Assembly (NCBI RefSeq): GCF_001194135.2
Contig: NC_068994.1
Coordinates: 50,999,944-51,063,665, forward strand
DNA from: Octopus bimaculoides
Taxonomy: Eukaryota
Direction: 5' to 3'
DNA length: 63,722 bases
Of the stretch, positions 35,320 to 48,737 are shown in pieces (the stretch's first letter is position 1; each line of letters starts with the position of its first letter). A program made the translations under genes and the position numbers. Below the pieces are notes generated by a model. The model was not told where the DNA came from and did not search any database. It was given only the letters and a program-made list of their open reading frames with translations.

Positions 35320-35700
35320 CATATTGGTTGAACTGGTGGTGTGATGTTGTCTCTTAATTTCTTGGTTGGATATGTAGTACCTCATTGATGTACCGAGTCT
35401 GAGTGCTTGCCGTTAGGTTCGGTTATCCATTTGCTTCACGAGGTATTGCTATTGTGATGGCACCCCAAAATATATAAAAGTTTTTCAACTTTCATCTCTG
35501 CATTGTTAGAAGCTTTCCTCATTTGAGTTACTTTTTTTTATTTTCTACTATGATGCTTCAAGCGAACTACAAAGCTCACCAGTTTAAAAGTTATTCTAAG
35601 CAAAGGACTGTAACACCTGTGGTTCCATTAGCTGAGATACACCATATCTAAATTCAACACCTGTAATGTTTTTGCATCACCATCCTCCTTCAGCCTATTA
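35320..35700 (-). mobile_element. Very degraded RTE-like RT remnant
   Basis: Faint, ordered resemblance to the G.KQG, ELLFADD, F.Y.G and DNR..KAS motifs. Confidence 0.35.
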
Positions 35701-36860
35701 AATTTAGGTATTGTTAAGTGTGTATGTAAGACACAGTTAGGGGTGTACCCCTTAGTTCTAATAGCTTTTATTTATATGCAGTCCTTTTTACTGTCAATGT
35801 AATCCTTTTGTGACATATACTAATGAGGCTGGTCACTAGAAATGCTACAAATAGTAGCTAAATGTCCCTTCCATCTTAACAAAGAAATATCTTTTAACCA
35901 GTGTAGTCTTGGATATACAGGAGAGGAGTTTCGTTACGATTGGAGTTTCTGTCATCAGAGTAGCTCTCTTCAATCAAAGCTGTTCTGGGGTTACAGTGGT
36001 AACTCATTTGCGACTATATTTCTATGAAGTAGTTAGAAATGTCTTAGTATTTGAGCGAAGATTTTAGAAGAGTTTAATAATTTCATCCATTGGCATGTTT
36101 GTGTTGTGGTTTACTAACTCAAAATGCATGCTGTTGTATATGTTATGAGATTTTGATCAATGTTTTGATTTGAATATGAATGCTGTATTATTGATTCCTT
36201 GAAAAAGTTAAACTAATGAAATACATCCTTTTTATATAAAACAGCAGCATATTCCACAGTATTTCAGTGCACATTAACCACCATCTCACAATTGCTTTGT
36301 TTCTTCCTTTTGCTTCTCCCTCTTAATGAAATTAATGACCCCTCAGCTAGCTAATTGCATCATACCTCCCATCTGGCTTGCTTTGTCTCTCCTCCTCCCA
36401 TTAGCTTTATTGTGCTTCGCATCCTAAGCGCTGCACTTAAAAGTTTCTTCTATTCAGTCCTTCCTAACCAAGAAATGGTATGTTCTGGAGTTTCTGTCTC
36501 AAGGTGACCGTAACCTATATGGCTCCAAGATGAAAAATCAATGCATTAATTTCGTTCTGTGACTGAACCTGCGTATGTAATGAGCACTGCTTCTCTACTT
36601 ATCACTAACATACAACTACACCACACACAAAAAAACTCCAACAACAACAACAAACCCAAGAATTGTGGTTTTCAACCATTTTATGCCTATGAACCCTTTT
36701 GATTCCTATTTTACCTTACTGGAACCCCATAACCATTTGAAGTTTTAAAAAGATCCCATTATATTTTTATAATGAAATAGTATTAGGAATAATATAGAAA
36801 CATTTTTTTTTTAATACTTTGTGTATTGTAAAAATATAACCAATTTGTGGAAATTCCTTG

Positions 36861-36975
36861 GACACCATTTTTGCTGAGTGAGAGTCAAAGTTGGTTTCTG
36901 AGTTCAATGTTGAGTATGGGGTGGCTGGTTTTCTTTTATTTATGGCTGAGTATGGAAATGTGTTGTTCATAAATA
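36861..36975 (+). pseudogene. NUMT: mitochondrial nad1 fragment
   Basis: Invertebrate mitochondrial translation FAE(W)ESKLVSEFNVEYGVAGFLLFMAEYGNVLFM matches the ND1 signature FAEGESELVSGFNVEYG..F...FMAEYG; small deletion in the RTPFD part. Confidence 0.85.
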
Positions 36976-37786
36976 GATTTCAACAACAAACTCTTACATG
37001 GACCCCAGTTGTGAACCCCTGCCCTAGGTTACATGTAATACACTGGGAGAGCTTGTGATTCAAAATATCTTAATTTGAGCACATTATTTTGCTTGTAAAC
37101 TACAATATGCATGCCTTGTCCCTTGGTATGTATTGTGTGTATTATGTAGTTTAGGCCCAATTGTCCTGTTACTTCAGTTGGTGTTGCTGTTATATCTGAA
37201 TACACTTTCTGTTTACAGACTGTGTGATGGCAATCTACAGTACATCCTCTTTACAAAAGCATCTCTCCATCACTGAGTTGAAATTTTATAGTCCATAAAT
37301 TATGGATTTTCATATGAAATCCCTTCCACGGTTACTTTGCTAATTGGTTATATTTTCACAGTCTGAATATTATTGAAAATTTTAAAGGTTTTTATTGTCA
37401 TCTACAATTTCACTCATTACTTGAGGTAAAGTTGAATGTTTTGGGGTTGTTTCCTGTTATAAATAACATCCAAAGAGCCCTGTTATAAGATATTGGTGGG
37501 GTAACTGATAGGATCTTTGATCATGCATACATAACAACAGGTAACCTTTTAAGAATATCCTGGAGTGTTCAGATTGATTGTTAAAATGTATTGGATTATT
37601 GATCACACAGTTAAGAATTCAAACCTTCAATATTGTAGCCATTTTTCTGCATCCTTGATAAACTCATCCAGTAGAAAAATTAGCTATAAAACTGATTATT
37701 TTTCTGACAAAATTATCTTTCAGCCATTCTAGCATGAGATTGGTTGTAAAATAGTGCTGAATAATTTAAAATATCTGGGTTTTTCC

Positions 37787-38011
37787 TTGACCCTTTAGCA
37801 TTCAGATTTCTTTGTCAAATGTAATGTTTATTTATTCACATTGTTTTAAATTAATCATGCATTGTCTTGTAGCTTCAAGATTTTGATGATCTGATAGTTT
37901 ATTTTTAGAATGACATTGTAGGGTAGGTGTGAGAGGCTGGACTTGGCCAGTTTGAACATAAATCAGAATATTTGAGCCAAATATGGATGGTTTAGATGCA
38001 AAGGGGTTTAA
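37787..38011. mobile_element. piggyBac-like MITE, about 225 bp (copies 13261-13490, 23718-23932, 45012-45160, 54040-54200; second family 53334-53500 and 21060-21185)
   Basis: Ends approximate TTAA-CCCTTTAGCATT ... AATGCTAAAGGG-TTAA. Confidence 0.7.
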
Positions 38012-38374
38012 AAAAATGACATAGTCTTTAAACATGGGTGAATGAGTGGTTTATCATTCAGTGATGAGGATTCACTTGTTTGATCGACTTATTTACCTGC
38101 TCATTTAAATTAATGCGTAGTGAGTGAGTATTTCTGAGACAAGTGGATTCATAAAGATGTAATTCTTAGTCAAAATGAATGTGGTACTTTGTAACATATA
38201 TACATATATCTCAAGGTGCAGGCATGGCTGTGTGGTAAAAAGCTTGCTTCCTAACCACATGTTTCTGGGTTCAGTCCCACCGTGTGGCACCTTGGGCAAG
38301 TGTCTTCTACTATAGCCTCAGGCTGACCAAAGCCTTGTAGTGGGTTTGGCAGATAGAAACTGAAAGAAGCCCGT

Positions 38375-38446
<72 letters not shown>

Positions 38447-39133
38447 ATGTGTGTGTGTGTGTCTGTCCCCCCACCATCTCTTGAGAACTGATGGTGTGTT
38501 TACGTCCTGAAACTTAGTGGTTCAGCAAAAGAGAACGATAGAAAAAGTACTAGGCTTACAAAGAATAAATTCTGGGGTCTTTTTCTTCAACTAAAAGAAT
38601 AAAAGAATCTGTTTATGTATGTTTGAATTACAAGTTCTGTCCCATCAGATGGCTGTCTATGGTTTTAATCCACCCAGTTTCTCTCACAATGTATGGGTCG
38701 ATCCAAAGCTAATGAAAATGATGCTTATGATGCTGGCACTTTGTAAAAGAAGCACACAATACCCACTGTAAAGTGGTTGGTGTCAGGAAGGACATCCAGC
38801 TGTAGAAATCGTGTCAAAATAGACGGAGCTTGGTGCAGTCCTCTGCTTTGCCATCTCCTGTCAAAGCTATACCAGAATGGAAAATGGGTGTTAAATGATT
38901 ATTTCCTGCACTGGGATTGAACCTAGGAGGCCCTCATGGTTGTGAAGTGAACTTAACCAATCTGCCATATTCTTACTTACATTTGGACATATATCTTTAT
39001 ATAAGCATGTTATTTATATATTCTAGAACTTTAGGTCCTTCTTCAAAACCGTTTTTTTTTTTTTTCTCTCTTCCTTTTCATTGGATTCATGGAATAACTG
39101 GCTGTCTTGTTTCTTAGCAGAACATAGCAGCAA

Positions 39134-39346
39134 ATGGACACGTCTGACTTTGAGAATTTGTCTGAAGAAGAAATCAGGGCCCTGGTCCTGAAAGCAACAC
39201 AGTCAGTTGAGAAATGTCCCAGTGTTAAACGGAAGCGTTCAACTAGGAAATGTAAAATTAATTTTGTCGAAGTAATCACTGAAATATCTCGAAGAGTAGA
39301 TGGAATTTGCCAGAAAGATATTCTTGTTGCTCCGAAAGCCTGTTAA
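39134..39346 (+). CDS. Unassigned 70-aa small ORF (MDTSDFENLSEEEIRALVLKA...KRKRSTRKCK...APKAC)
   Basis: Preceded by pyrimidine tract plus TAGCAG acceptor (39115-39120) and an in-frame upstream stop; non-repetitive, exon-like composition; very AT-rich sequence after the stop; no family recognised. Confidence 0.5.
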   Translation: MDTSDFENLSEEEIRALVLKATQSVEKCPSVKRKRSTRKCKINFVEVITEISRRVDGICQKDILVAPKAC

Positions 39347-42300
39347 TATTTTATTTATTTATTAATTTTTTTTACAATTTCTATTTTTTCATTTCTTTTC
39401 GTTTCTGTGTTAATTACTGGTTGGCACACTAGCAGAACTGGTAGAGCAACAGGTTAAATGTCTGGCTCTATTTATTTAAATGCAATCTTTTATGTTTGAG
39501 TTTTAATGCTGTTGAGGTTGAACTTTGCCTTTCAGTCTTTCACCAGTTGATAAAACAAGTACCAGTCATGTACTGGGGTCATGTATTGATTATCACCAGC
39601 CTAAGTTACAAATGCTTTTTCGTTATTATTTAAAATGTTCTCAAAACTGTTCTTGATTTTATGTAATATATATAAATATTTGAGAGGAATTAACCAAAAA
39701 CTGGTTGGAAAAAAATTCCTGGATTGAAATTTCTAAATTTCTGAGATTATTTATTTTGCTGTAAATAAGATTATTTTTCAAAATTAATTAACCACCTCTT
39801 TAAAGTGTATATTTTTTTGTATGTTTTTTTTAAGAAAAAAATCTTCATGTTTAGCAATATTTAATTTATTTAAAACAAAACAAAACATTTTAAATTTAAA
39901 CACAAGATAAAAACAAACCAACATGGTTGAGATTGTTAGAATCCCAACTCAATTGTTGTGTTCTTCATATCTGCCGTTGGCATTTGGTAGAACATCTAAT
40001 TAATTCTATGTTGCCTTAGTTCAGCTACTTGTGATGGTGTGGTATGAAGTGGTGGTGGTGGGGAGATAGATACCAGATTTTTTTTTTCTCTGGGTGTGTT
40101 TATCTGTGATAAATTTGTGACATGTCTACAAAGAGATATGTCCAGCCACCATTTGTTTTTTTTTAAACTTTTACATGTTATGTTGATGCTTTCCTGTCAG
40201 GACAAAGAAAGTAAGTCCTACACACAAATGAAAGTGACTTTTACTGTGATTTGGCTGGAATTCAGCTTGAATTGCCTCTGGGATCAGTGCTACAATTAGC
40301 TTAATGGAGTTTTGTAGCTTAACTCAGAATTTAATTTTATTCCAACGAGCCTTTCTTGAGGTGGGAGTGAGACATATTCACGTTAGCGCTTCTCTAGATT
40401 GCATGGCTCATTCGCAGTTATCTCCCTTCTCAAAGTATCAACTTACCCTAGAAACAATCCAGTTATGACGTGTTATCACAAAATAAACTTTTTAGCGCCC
40501 ATCGTTATTAAGCCCTTTACGGTTGCTTGTTTTGTCTTTCCCCTTACTTTTTCCTATTTTTTTTTTTGTCTACGTTTCTTTTATTTTTAAACTTCTTCTG
40601 TTTACTTCTGGGAGCCCAGACTCTCTTAGTGTGGGCCATGTGGAGGAAGCTGTGTCACTGATACGGACATCATCCATCATGTTTGTCATAGTCCATCCAG
40701 TTGTAAAGACAAAGAGAAAGATCTAATTTGTTCTTTGTCAGCCGGAGTCGGGTAAATGGCATTGATGACAGATNNNNNNNNNNNNNNNNNNNNNNNNNNN
40801 NNNNNNNNNNNNNNNNNNNNNNNNNNNNNNNNNNNNNNNNNNNNNNNNNNNNNNNNNNNNNNNNNNNNNNNNNNNNNNNNNNNNNNNNNNNNNNNNNNNN
40901 NNNNNNNNNNNNNNNNNNNNNNNNNNNNNNNNNNNNNNNNNNNNNNNNNNNNNNNNNNNNNNNNNNNNNNNNNNNNNNNNNNNNNNNNNNNNNNNNNNNN
41001 NNNNNNNNNNNNNNNNNNNNNNNNNNNNNNNNNNNNNNNNNNNNNNNNNNNNNNNNNNNNNNNNNNNNNNNNNNNNNNNNNNNNNNNNNNNNNNNNNNNN
41101 NNNNNNNNNNNNNNNNTTAGTCACTTCGCTCCTCTTCTTGAAACGTCTTGTATTTCTCTGCTTTGTGTGGCTAAAACCAGCTTCAACTTTGTCCAAACTA
41201 CGGAATGGGAAGTAAATCCAGCTCAACTGCTGCTGATGTAAACTTGTGCTTTTTTGATAGCATTTTCTTCAAATTTCTTTAAAATGTTTCAGCTTCAAAG
41301 CTGTGGTCATGCTGGGGCATGTTTACATTTATTCTAAAGCAGTGTCTTAGCAGCCTCATTAGTGTTGGACAAAATGCCATACTGTAATTTTTCCAGCTCT
41401 TTACATTCCCATTTCAAATCTCACCAAAGTCATTTTTGCTTTTTGTCTCCTAGGGGTTTTTTTTTTTAAAATAAAATAAAGTACCATTTGACTAATCTCT
41501 TTCCCCACCAAAATTGTTCTCCTTGTGCCTAACTCAGAGACTATTATTCATATTCTAATAGTCACTGGTAGTTTTACTAGCGAATATTAATTTAGCTTCA
41601 AGTTCCACATACGCAATAATGTGCCTATCTTCTAAGGTTCCGTCTCTGCAGGCTTTGTTTTCTAATCAAATGGTAACAATCTCATTAGGAATGTCCAGTT
41701 TTGCTCTAGATCCCCAGAACACATTTTAAAAGTCTTTCCTTGACTTTTCAGGGTATTTTAAATACATTTCCATGTCACAATGTTTCTAGCTTCTTTCAAT
41801 TACCTTAAGTTTGAAAAATATTTCATTCCTGTGTATTTCATCCCTTTAGTATTCATATCACTCTGTCAAATGTGGTGCTTATTTATTTACTCTTGTAGCT
41901 TTGAGGTTTTTGGAACGACGTAGTAGGGTAGGTGTGAGAGGCTGGATCTGGCTGGTTTGAACATGGAACAATATTTTGACTGGATATAGTCAGTTAGACT
42001 ATTTAAGGGTCAAATAAGCTGATTTTGACTTGATCTTCTTTTAGGCTGACTCTGGTTTCAATATCTGTAACGCTTTTACTTTACAGATGCTTTTGTATTT
42101 CATTAAATTTTGAAAATAGACCTGATAAATAGAATAGATGCCTCTTGCATTGTTTCTGTTGTTCACACAGTGATGCTTACATCAGCAATATACTTCAGAC
42201 TTGAGTCATAGAAGTCAACAAGTTTTTACAGGTGACATCCTTGACAACCACTTTATATCCATGTGCTGGAGTAACTGGTTAAAAGTTTTATAATTTTGTT

Positions 42301-45300
42301 TACATTAGTCTTGAATGTAGATGTGTTTTAATTTAGCGATTTATCACATAGATGTTTTAAAGGCCTCCTGTGATTCACCACTGAATTCTTTGGTACCAAA
42401 GAACAGTATACACATTGCAATGCTTTTTCTTGAGTCTGGTGGTGAATCCCTAGCTATGTTCAAGCATCATGGCTGTCTTATTAGTCACTGCTTTAATATT
42501 CCTGACAATAATCCGTGACTTATTTTTCACAACACATCAACTTTGAGGTACTAGGTAAGCAGATAACCACCATTAATCTACTTTAGGCTTGGTCTATCAC
42601 ACTTCCCAGAAGCCGTAAGAATATTTAAAATTCCAAAAGTTGGATTCATTGAGTTGACTGCTTTGTCAGCTTTCAGTTACAAAATTTCAGTTGATTCCTA
42701 AGAATTTAACTCCCTTGGGGGCCTTGGTGGACATAATCATCCCAGTTTTGATGTACCTCACTCTTACAAGATGAGTTGTCTGTGGTGCTACAATGAACCT
42801 GTGGCAGGAGTTAGGGATCGCATCTCTTGCTGTTACTCGTGTTTTTTATTGTTAAGGAAAAAGATAATTTTTTTTTTTTAAGGTAAGCATTTACTTCCAG
42901 GATTGGATGTAAAACAGACCCCTTTATCTTAAACTATCTTTTTTCATAAAGACAGATTGCTTGTGAACAATTTTTTTTAAAGCAAATTTTAGTTAAACAG
43001 TTCAACTAAATAATTTTATAAAAAAAAATTCAGCACTGTCATCTCATGAAGTATATTTTGTGATAAAACAAGAACAAACAAAAGGATATTTTTATTTATG
43101 CATGATATATAACTACTTGGGTGGCAGACATATATATATATACATATAAAGGCCTTTGTTAAATATTTTTTTAATGTTATATATTTCTTCCTTCATATTT
43201 GTTAATTATATTTTTGATAAAAAAAAACAAAGTGAAATAAATAATTCCATCACAACATTGGAGTTGTCTATAATTTTCGTTGTTTTTGCATTCTCTTAAT
43301 TTCTGAGGTAAAATGCTGACTTGGCTGTTTGTCTTTGCAATAAAATTCCAGGGTGTGATAAAATGAGTACCAGTAATATACTGGTTTGGGTTAATAGGCT
43401 ATCATTACCTTTACTTTAAATTTGTGGTTTGGTGCTGTGGTGGATTGGCTAAATCACAAGAGCAGTGGAGAAAATACATTGCAGTATTTTTTTTCCTGGC
43501 TCATTTTGTACATCTGAAAATGAAGTGAAAATAATTTCTTGCAGACACAAGGCTGCTGTTTACACATGCACACACATACATACATATATTTTATTTGTTT
43601 CGGTCATTTGACTGTGGCCATGCGGGACCACCGCCTTTAGTCGAACATTCAACCTCAGGACTTATTCTTTCTAAGCCTAGTACTTATTCTATCAGTCTCT
43701 TTTGCCGATCTACTAAGTTATGGTGATGTAAACACATCAACAGTTGTCAAGCGATGGTGGGGGGACAAACATATATATATACGATGGGCTTCTTTCAGTT
43801 TCCATTTGCCAAATTCACTTACATGGCTTTGGTCGCCCCGAGGCTATAATAGAAGACACTTGCCCAAAGTACCATACAGTGGGACTGAACCTGGAATGAT
43901 GTGGTTTGTAAGCAAGTAACTTAGCACACACATATACATATAATGTTACTATTATGTTAAACACTGCCTTGAAGGATTTTAGTCAAATTAACTCCGGGAC
44001 TTGTTTCTTTTTTAAACCTAGTACTTATTCTATCAGCCTCTTTTGCAAAACCGCAAAGTTATGGTGATATAAATACACCAACACTAGTTGTCAAGTGGTG
44101 ATAGGGATACACACACACACACAAGCTTTCAGTTTTCATGTTTATGAAACCTACTCACAAAGCTTTGGTTGGTCCAAGGGTATAATAGAAGGTGCCACAT
44201 AGTGAGACTGAATCTGGAACCCTATGGTTGGGAAGTGAGCTTCGTACCACATAGCCATTTTATATATAACACATGTGCAGACACAGTTTACTGTTCCATA
44301 AAGGTAAGATCAATAAAACAATAAAAAAAAAAAAGTACTCGATCCAATGACATATAGGATTTAATGTATACAGTATAAAGATGTAAGCTTCTAATAGTTT
44401 CTTGCACTGGTGATGTAGGTCTAGACAGATTTTTATAACATTCCTTGTGTCTCAGCAGTCTACGGGCTCTGAGCACATGGTCTATTCAATTAGCAAAACT
44501 GGATGCTGCTGGTACAAGAGAAATCACAAGAAAAAGATAAGGTAGATGTAATAAGTGGAAGAGTGAATAAAAACAGTGAAAGAAAGTTAGTGTTATGTTC
44601 ACTTTGACTGTAGAGCAATAATTAAGCTCGTTGAAGAATAATNNNNNNNNNNNNNNNNNNNNNNNNNNNNNNNNNNNNNNNNNNNNNNNNNNNNNNNNNN
44701 NNNNNNNNNNNNNNNNNNNNNNNNNNNNNNNNNNNNNNNNNNNNNNNNNNNNNNNNNNNNNNNNNNNNNNNNNNNNNNNNNNNNNNNNNNNNNNNNNNNN
44801 NNNNNNNNNNNNNNNNNNNNNNNNNNNNNNNNNNNNNNNNNNNNNNNNNNNNNNNNNNNNNNNNNNNNNNNNNNNNNNNNNNNNNNNNNNNNNNNNNNNN
44901 NNNNNNNNNNNNNNNNNNNNNNNNNNNNNNNNNNNNNNNNNNNNNNNNNNNNNNNNNNNNNNNNNNNNNNNNNNNNNNTATCTCTGTGGCATTTCTTCAG
45001 GCTTTTTGCGTTTAACCCTTTAGCATTTAATCCGGCCATATCTGGTTCAAATATTCTACCTGTTTTATGATAAAACAGACAATATCCAACTTCTCACGCC
45101 TACCTTACAATGTCATTTTTAAAATATACAAAACACACCATTGAAATATTGAAGTTACAAGGTAATCATCATCATCTAATGGATGCTTTGACCATGGCTG
45201 GTAAGCTGGAAGGCTGCACCAGACTCCAGTCTGATTTGGCATAGTTTCTATGGTTCGATCCCCTTCCTAATGCCAACCACTCTGAGAGTGTAATGGGTGC

Positions 45301-45499
45301 TTTTACTTGCCATTTGCATGACACCAGTATCTGCCCTGATAATGGTTTTGCTCAGCTTGATGCTGTCTTCTTAAGTACGGCGTAATGCCCAAGGTCTTGG
45401 TTATTCATCATTGCCTCTGTGAGGCCCAACACTCAAAAGCTGCTTTTCATGTGCCACCAGCATCAGCCACCTTGCCTCAGTAAGGCCCAACACTCAAAA

Positions 45500-45800
45500 G
45501 GTGCTTTTTATGTAACACCAGCATCGACTACAACCATGATTTAACTTGGCTTGATGGGTCTTCTCCAGCACAGCATATTGCCAAAGGTCTTGGTCACTAG
45601 TTATTGCCTCTGTTTGACCCAGTGTTCGAAGTTCATGCTTCATCACCACGTCCCTATGTCTTCCTGGATCTACCTCTACCACAGGTTCCTTCTTCAGTTA
45701 GAGATCAACACTTCTTTACACAGCTGTCTTTGTCCATATGCATCACATGACCATACCTGCGCAGTCGTTTCTTTTGCACACCACACCTGATGCCCAATAG
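45500..45800 (-). mobile_element. Older copy of the same RTE-like ORF2 3' end
   Basis: Reverse complement resembles 13950-14180. Confidence 0.75.
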
Positions 45801-45832
45801 TACATGATTAATTCAAATCTGCTATAATAATA

Positions 45833-46202
45833 ATAAGAGCACTCAGAGAGCACAGACCTCTGCCAAGGTAACACCAACGTCCTCTCAACGATTAGCCAAA
45901 GATGATTTTTAAAATGAGAATATCTGGAAAAAACTCGACTGCTCTCACAAACGAGACTACTAGAAATGAACCCGACTGCTCTCAAAAGTTAAGTAAAAAA
46001 AAAAACAGAAAAATAATCCAGAATCCTTGTCTGGTACTAGATCAATCCCAAAATCTAATCAGTTCATGCCAGGCACGACGCCAAACATCCCTGAAAGTTC
46101 CATTGGAATCCATCCAGCGGTTCTTGAGATAATCTTGTCCACGGACAAGCAAACACGACTGAAAACAATACCCCGACCTTTGCTAAGGTGGAGGTAATAA
46201 TG
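45833..46202 (-). mobile_element. Helentron-associated (HINE/DINE-1-like) non-autonomous element; partial copy 22797-22880
   Basis: Minus strand starts TTATTACCTCCACC...TTGTTTTCAGTCGTGTTTGCTTGTCC and ends CCTTGGCAGAGGTCTGTGCTCTCTGAGTGCTCTT, giving subterminal inverted repeats. Confidence 0.55.
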
Positions 46203-47291
46203 ATAAATACCCTGATGCAGTACTAGGCAGTGACTCTCATGGCTTCTGATCTTAACTGATTGGAAGTATTATCATGTACATTGTTTTGTCTTGGTATAAA
46301 AGATGGGCTACAGCAAATATTCTGCTTAATACCACAGATTTGCATGTCAGTTGTTTGACCTTAACCAGTTGAAAATGTCCCTCAGTGGCTGACGATATGT
46401 GCATCTCTGATCATGAGCAGAAGTAGTGGGGGAGCATCAAAGCCATGTGTTGAGAGGAATTCTTTGGGGTTTGAATAATTCACCTCTGGAAACATGAGTG
46501 TTTCGTTCAACATCCTTAAACAACCCTTATTCAAGGACCTTTTGAGCAGGATGGGTTATTCAGCCTGAAGAAAATTCTAACTGGGCCCCACCTGCAAGGT
46601 CATGCGCTGTTTATCTTGATATGAGATCACCATATTGCGCACATATGACTATGATGCATGTGCCTGGTCTACCCTTATCAGACGGGTAGTCATGATGGGT
46701 ATAATGGGCTTCGGATATTTTACCCCATGTCACTTTGATGGCATGCATTGCTCTCTTACTCAATAATAATGATAATAATAATAATAATAATAATGTTGGT
46801 TTCAAATTTTGGCACAAGGCCAGCAAGTTCAGGAGAGGAGTAAATTATATTAATCCAGTACTCAACTGGTACTTATTTTATCAACCTTGAAATGATAAAA
46901 AGTAAAGTTGACTTCAACAGAATTTGAACTCAGAACATAGCGGAAGACAAAATGCTTCTAAGCATTTTGCCCAGTGTGCCCATAATTCTGCCAGCTTAAC
47001 AATAATAATTCTTTCTACTGTAGACACAAGGGCTAGTTGATTACATTGACCTCGGAGCTTGACCGGTACTAGGTGGATAACAAATTGGCTGAGTCGAGAT
47101 CAAGATTTGCAGTATGTGTTGGGGTTTGCTGTAGTCATATTGCTGAGATCAACTTTGTTTACCAATTTGGGGAGGTCTGCAAATGTTACAAACACTGCTT
47201 TGTCTCGATACTAACAATGTCATTCAAATGCTAAATCTTTTTTTTTTTTTTTTTTTTTTTTTCAGGGACTCTCCTGTGAAGCATTTGATGT

Positions 47292-47369
47292 ATGCTGAAA
47301 AGAATTGTGTCCAAATTAGTGCTTACTTTGAAGCCAAGAAAAATGCTGGAAGTGCTAACAACCAGCGAG
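47292..47369 (+). CDS. PUS1: PUS1 coding exon 1 ([26 protein letters not shown]); exon starts at 47266
   Basis: Poly-T tract plus cag acceptor at 47265; in-frame TGA upstream (47277); gag|gtatac donor; presequence-like peptide. Confidence 0.75.
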
Positions 47370-48703
47370 GTATACAAAAATACAATGTATTATGTCATAG
47401 TATGTTGGCCCATCTTGACTGAGCCACATTACTTGTTTTAGTTTCCTATCTAACTAGTCACTATGTACATGATTGCTTGAGCTGCTAGCTAGAAACAACA
47501 GCCAAATCTACCTCAAATTACATAACTCAGGTTCTACCATCTAATAATAATAAGAAAATAAAGTTAGAATATTTTGGATACTAATGCCTGAATATGTGGA
47601 GGCGCAATGGCCCAGTGGTTAGGGCAGTGGACTCGTGGTCGGAGGATCTCGGTTTCGGTTCCCAGACCTGGCGTTTTGTGTGTTTATTGAGCACAAACAC
47701 CTAAAGCTCCACGAGGCTCCGGCAGGGGATGGTGGCGACCCCTGTTGTACTCTTTCGTCCCAACTTTCTCTTACTCTTTCTTCCTATTTCTTGAGTAACG
47801 CTGCGATGGACTGGCGTCCGGTCCAGCTGTGGGGAACACATACGCCATAGAAACCGGGAAACTGGGCCCATGAGCTTGGTTAGGCTTTGAAAGGGCGCAT
47901 AAATAAAAAAAAAATGTCTGAATGTAAGATGAGAGGATCACAAATGAGCTGTCCTTGATTATAAATCTGCTGGTATAGGATTGGTCTGGAGTTAAACAAC
48001 AACAAGAAAGAAGGACACAAGATAATGAAGTTTTATATACACTGTGTCTGAATAAATGAATGAAGGTACTTAATTCAAATCTTTCCTTGAGTGTTTATAA
48101 GAGAAGAATATACGAGGGGCTGCTGAAAAGTTCCTAGCTTTGGGTAAAAGAAAATACTGGAGGATCAGTTAATTATGATTTTATGCAACATATTCCCTTC
48201 TCAGATTAACACACTTATTGCAGTTTTTCTAAGCCTTGCAAAAGAACTCAGAAGGTTGGGCCTTAAACCGGGCCTTTTGCGATACCCTTAAAACCAGGAA
48301 CTTTTCAGAAGCCCCCTCCTCATGTATAAATTATCTCCAATTCCCTTTGATTTACTGGTTTACGGGAGTTAGCTCCAGAAACATGGCTCTTATGCATATT
48401 GGAANNNNNNNNNNNNNNNNNNNNNNNNNNNNNNNNNNNNNNNNNNNNNNNNNNNNNNNNNNNNNNNNNNNNNNNNNNNNNNNNNNNNNNNNNNNNNNNN
48501 NNNNNNNNNNNNNNNNNNNNNNNNNNNNNNNNNNNNNNNNATGATGACAATAATGATGACAGCAAAACTCCTTCGAAGCTTCTTAAAGTGAGTTTATTTC
48601 AAGATTATAATTTTTCAAACTATTAATCTTGTCTTTGAGAGAAGAAACCTTTCTTCTTCCTCTCTCTCTCTTTTTCACAATATTACAAGCATACTTGTCT
48701 GTG

Positions 48704-48737
<34 letters not shown>

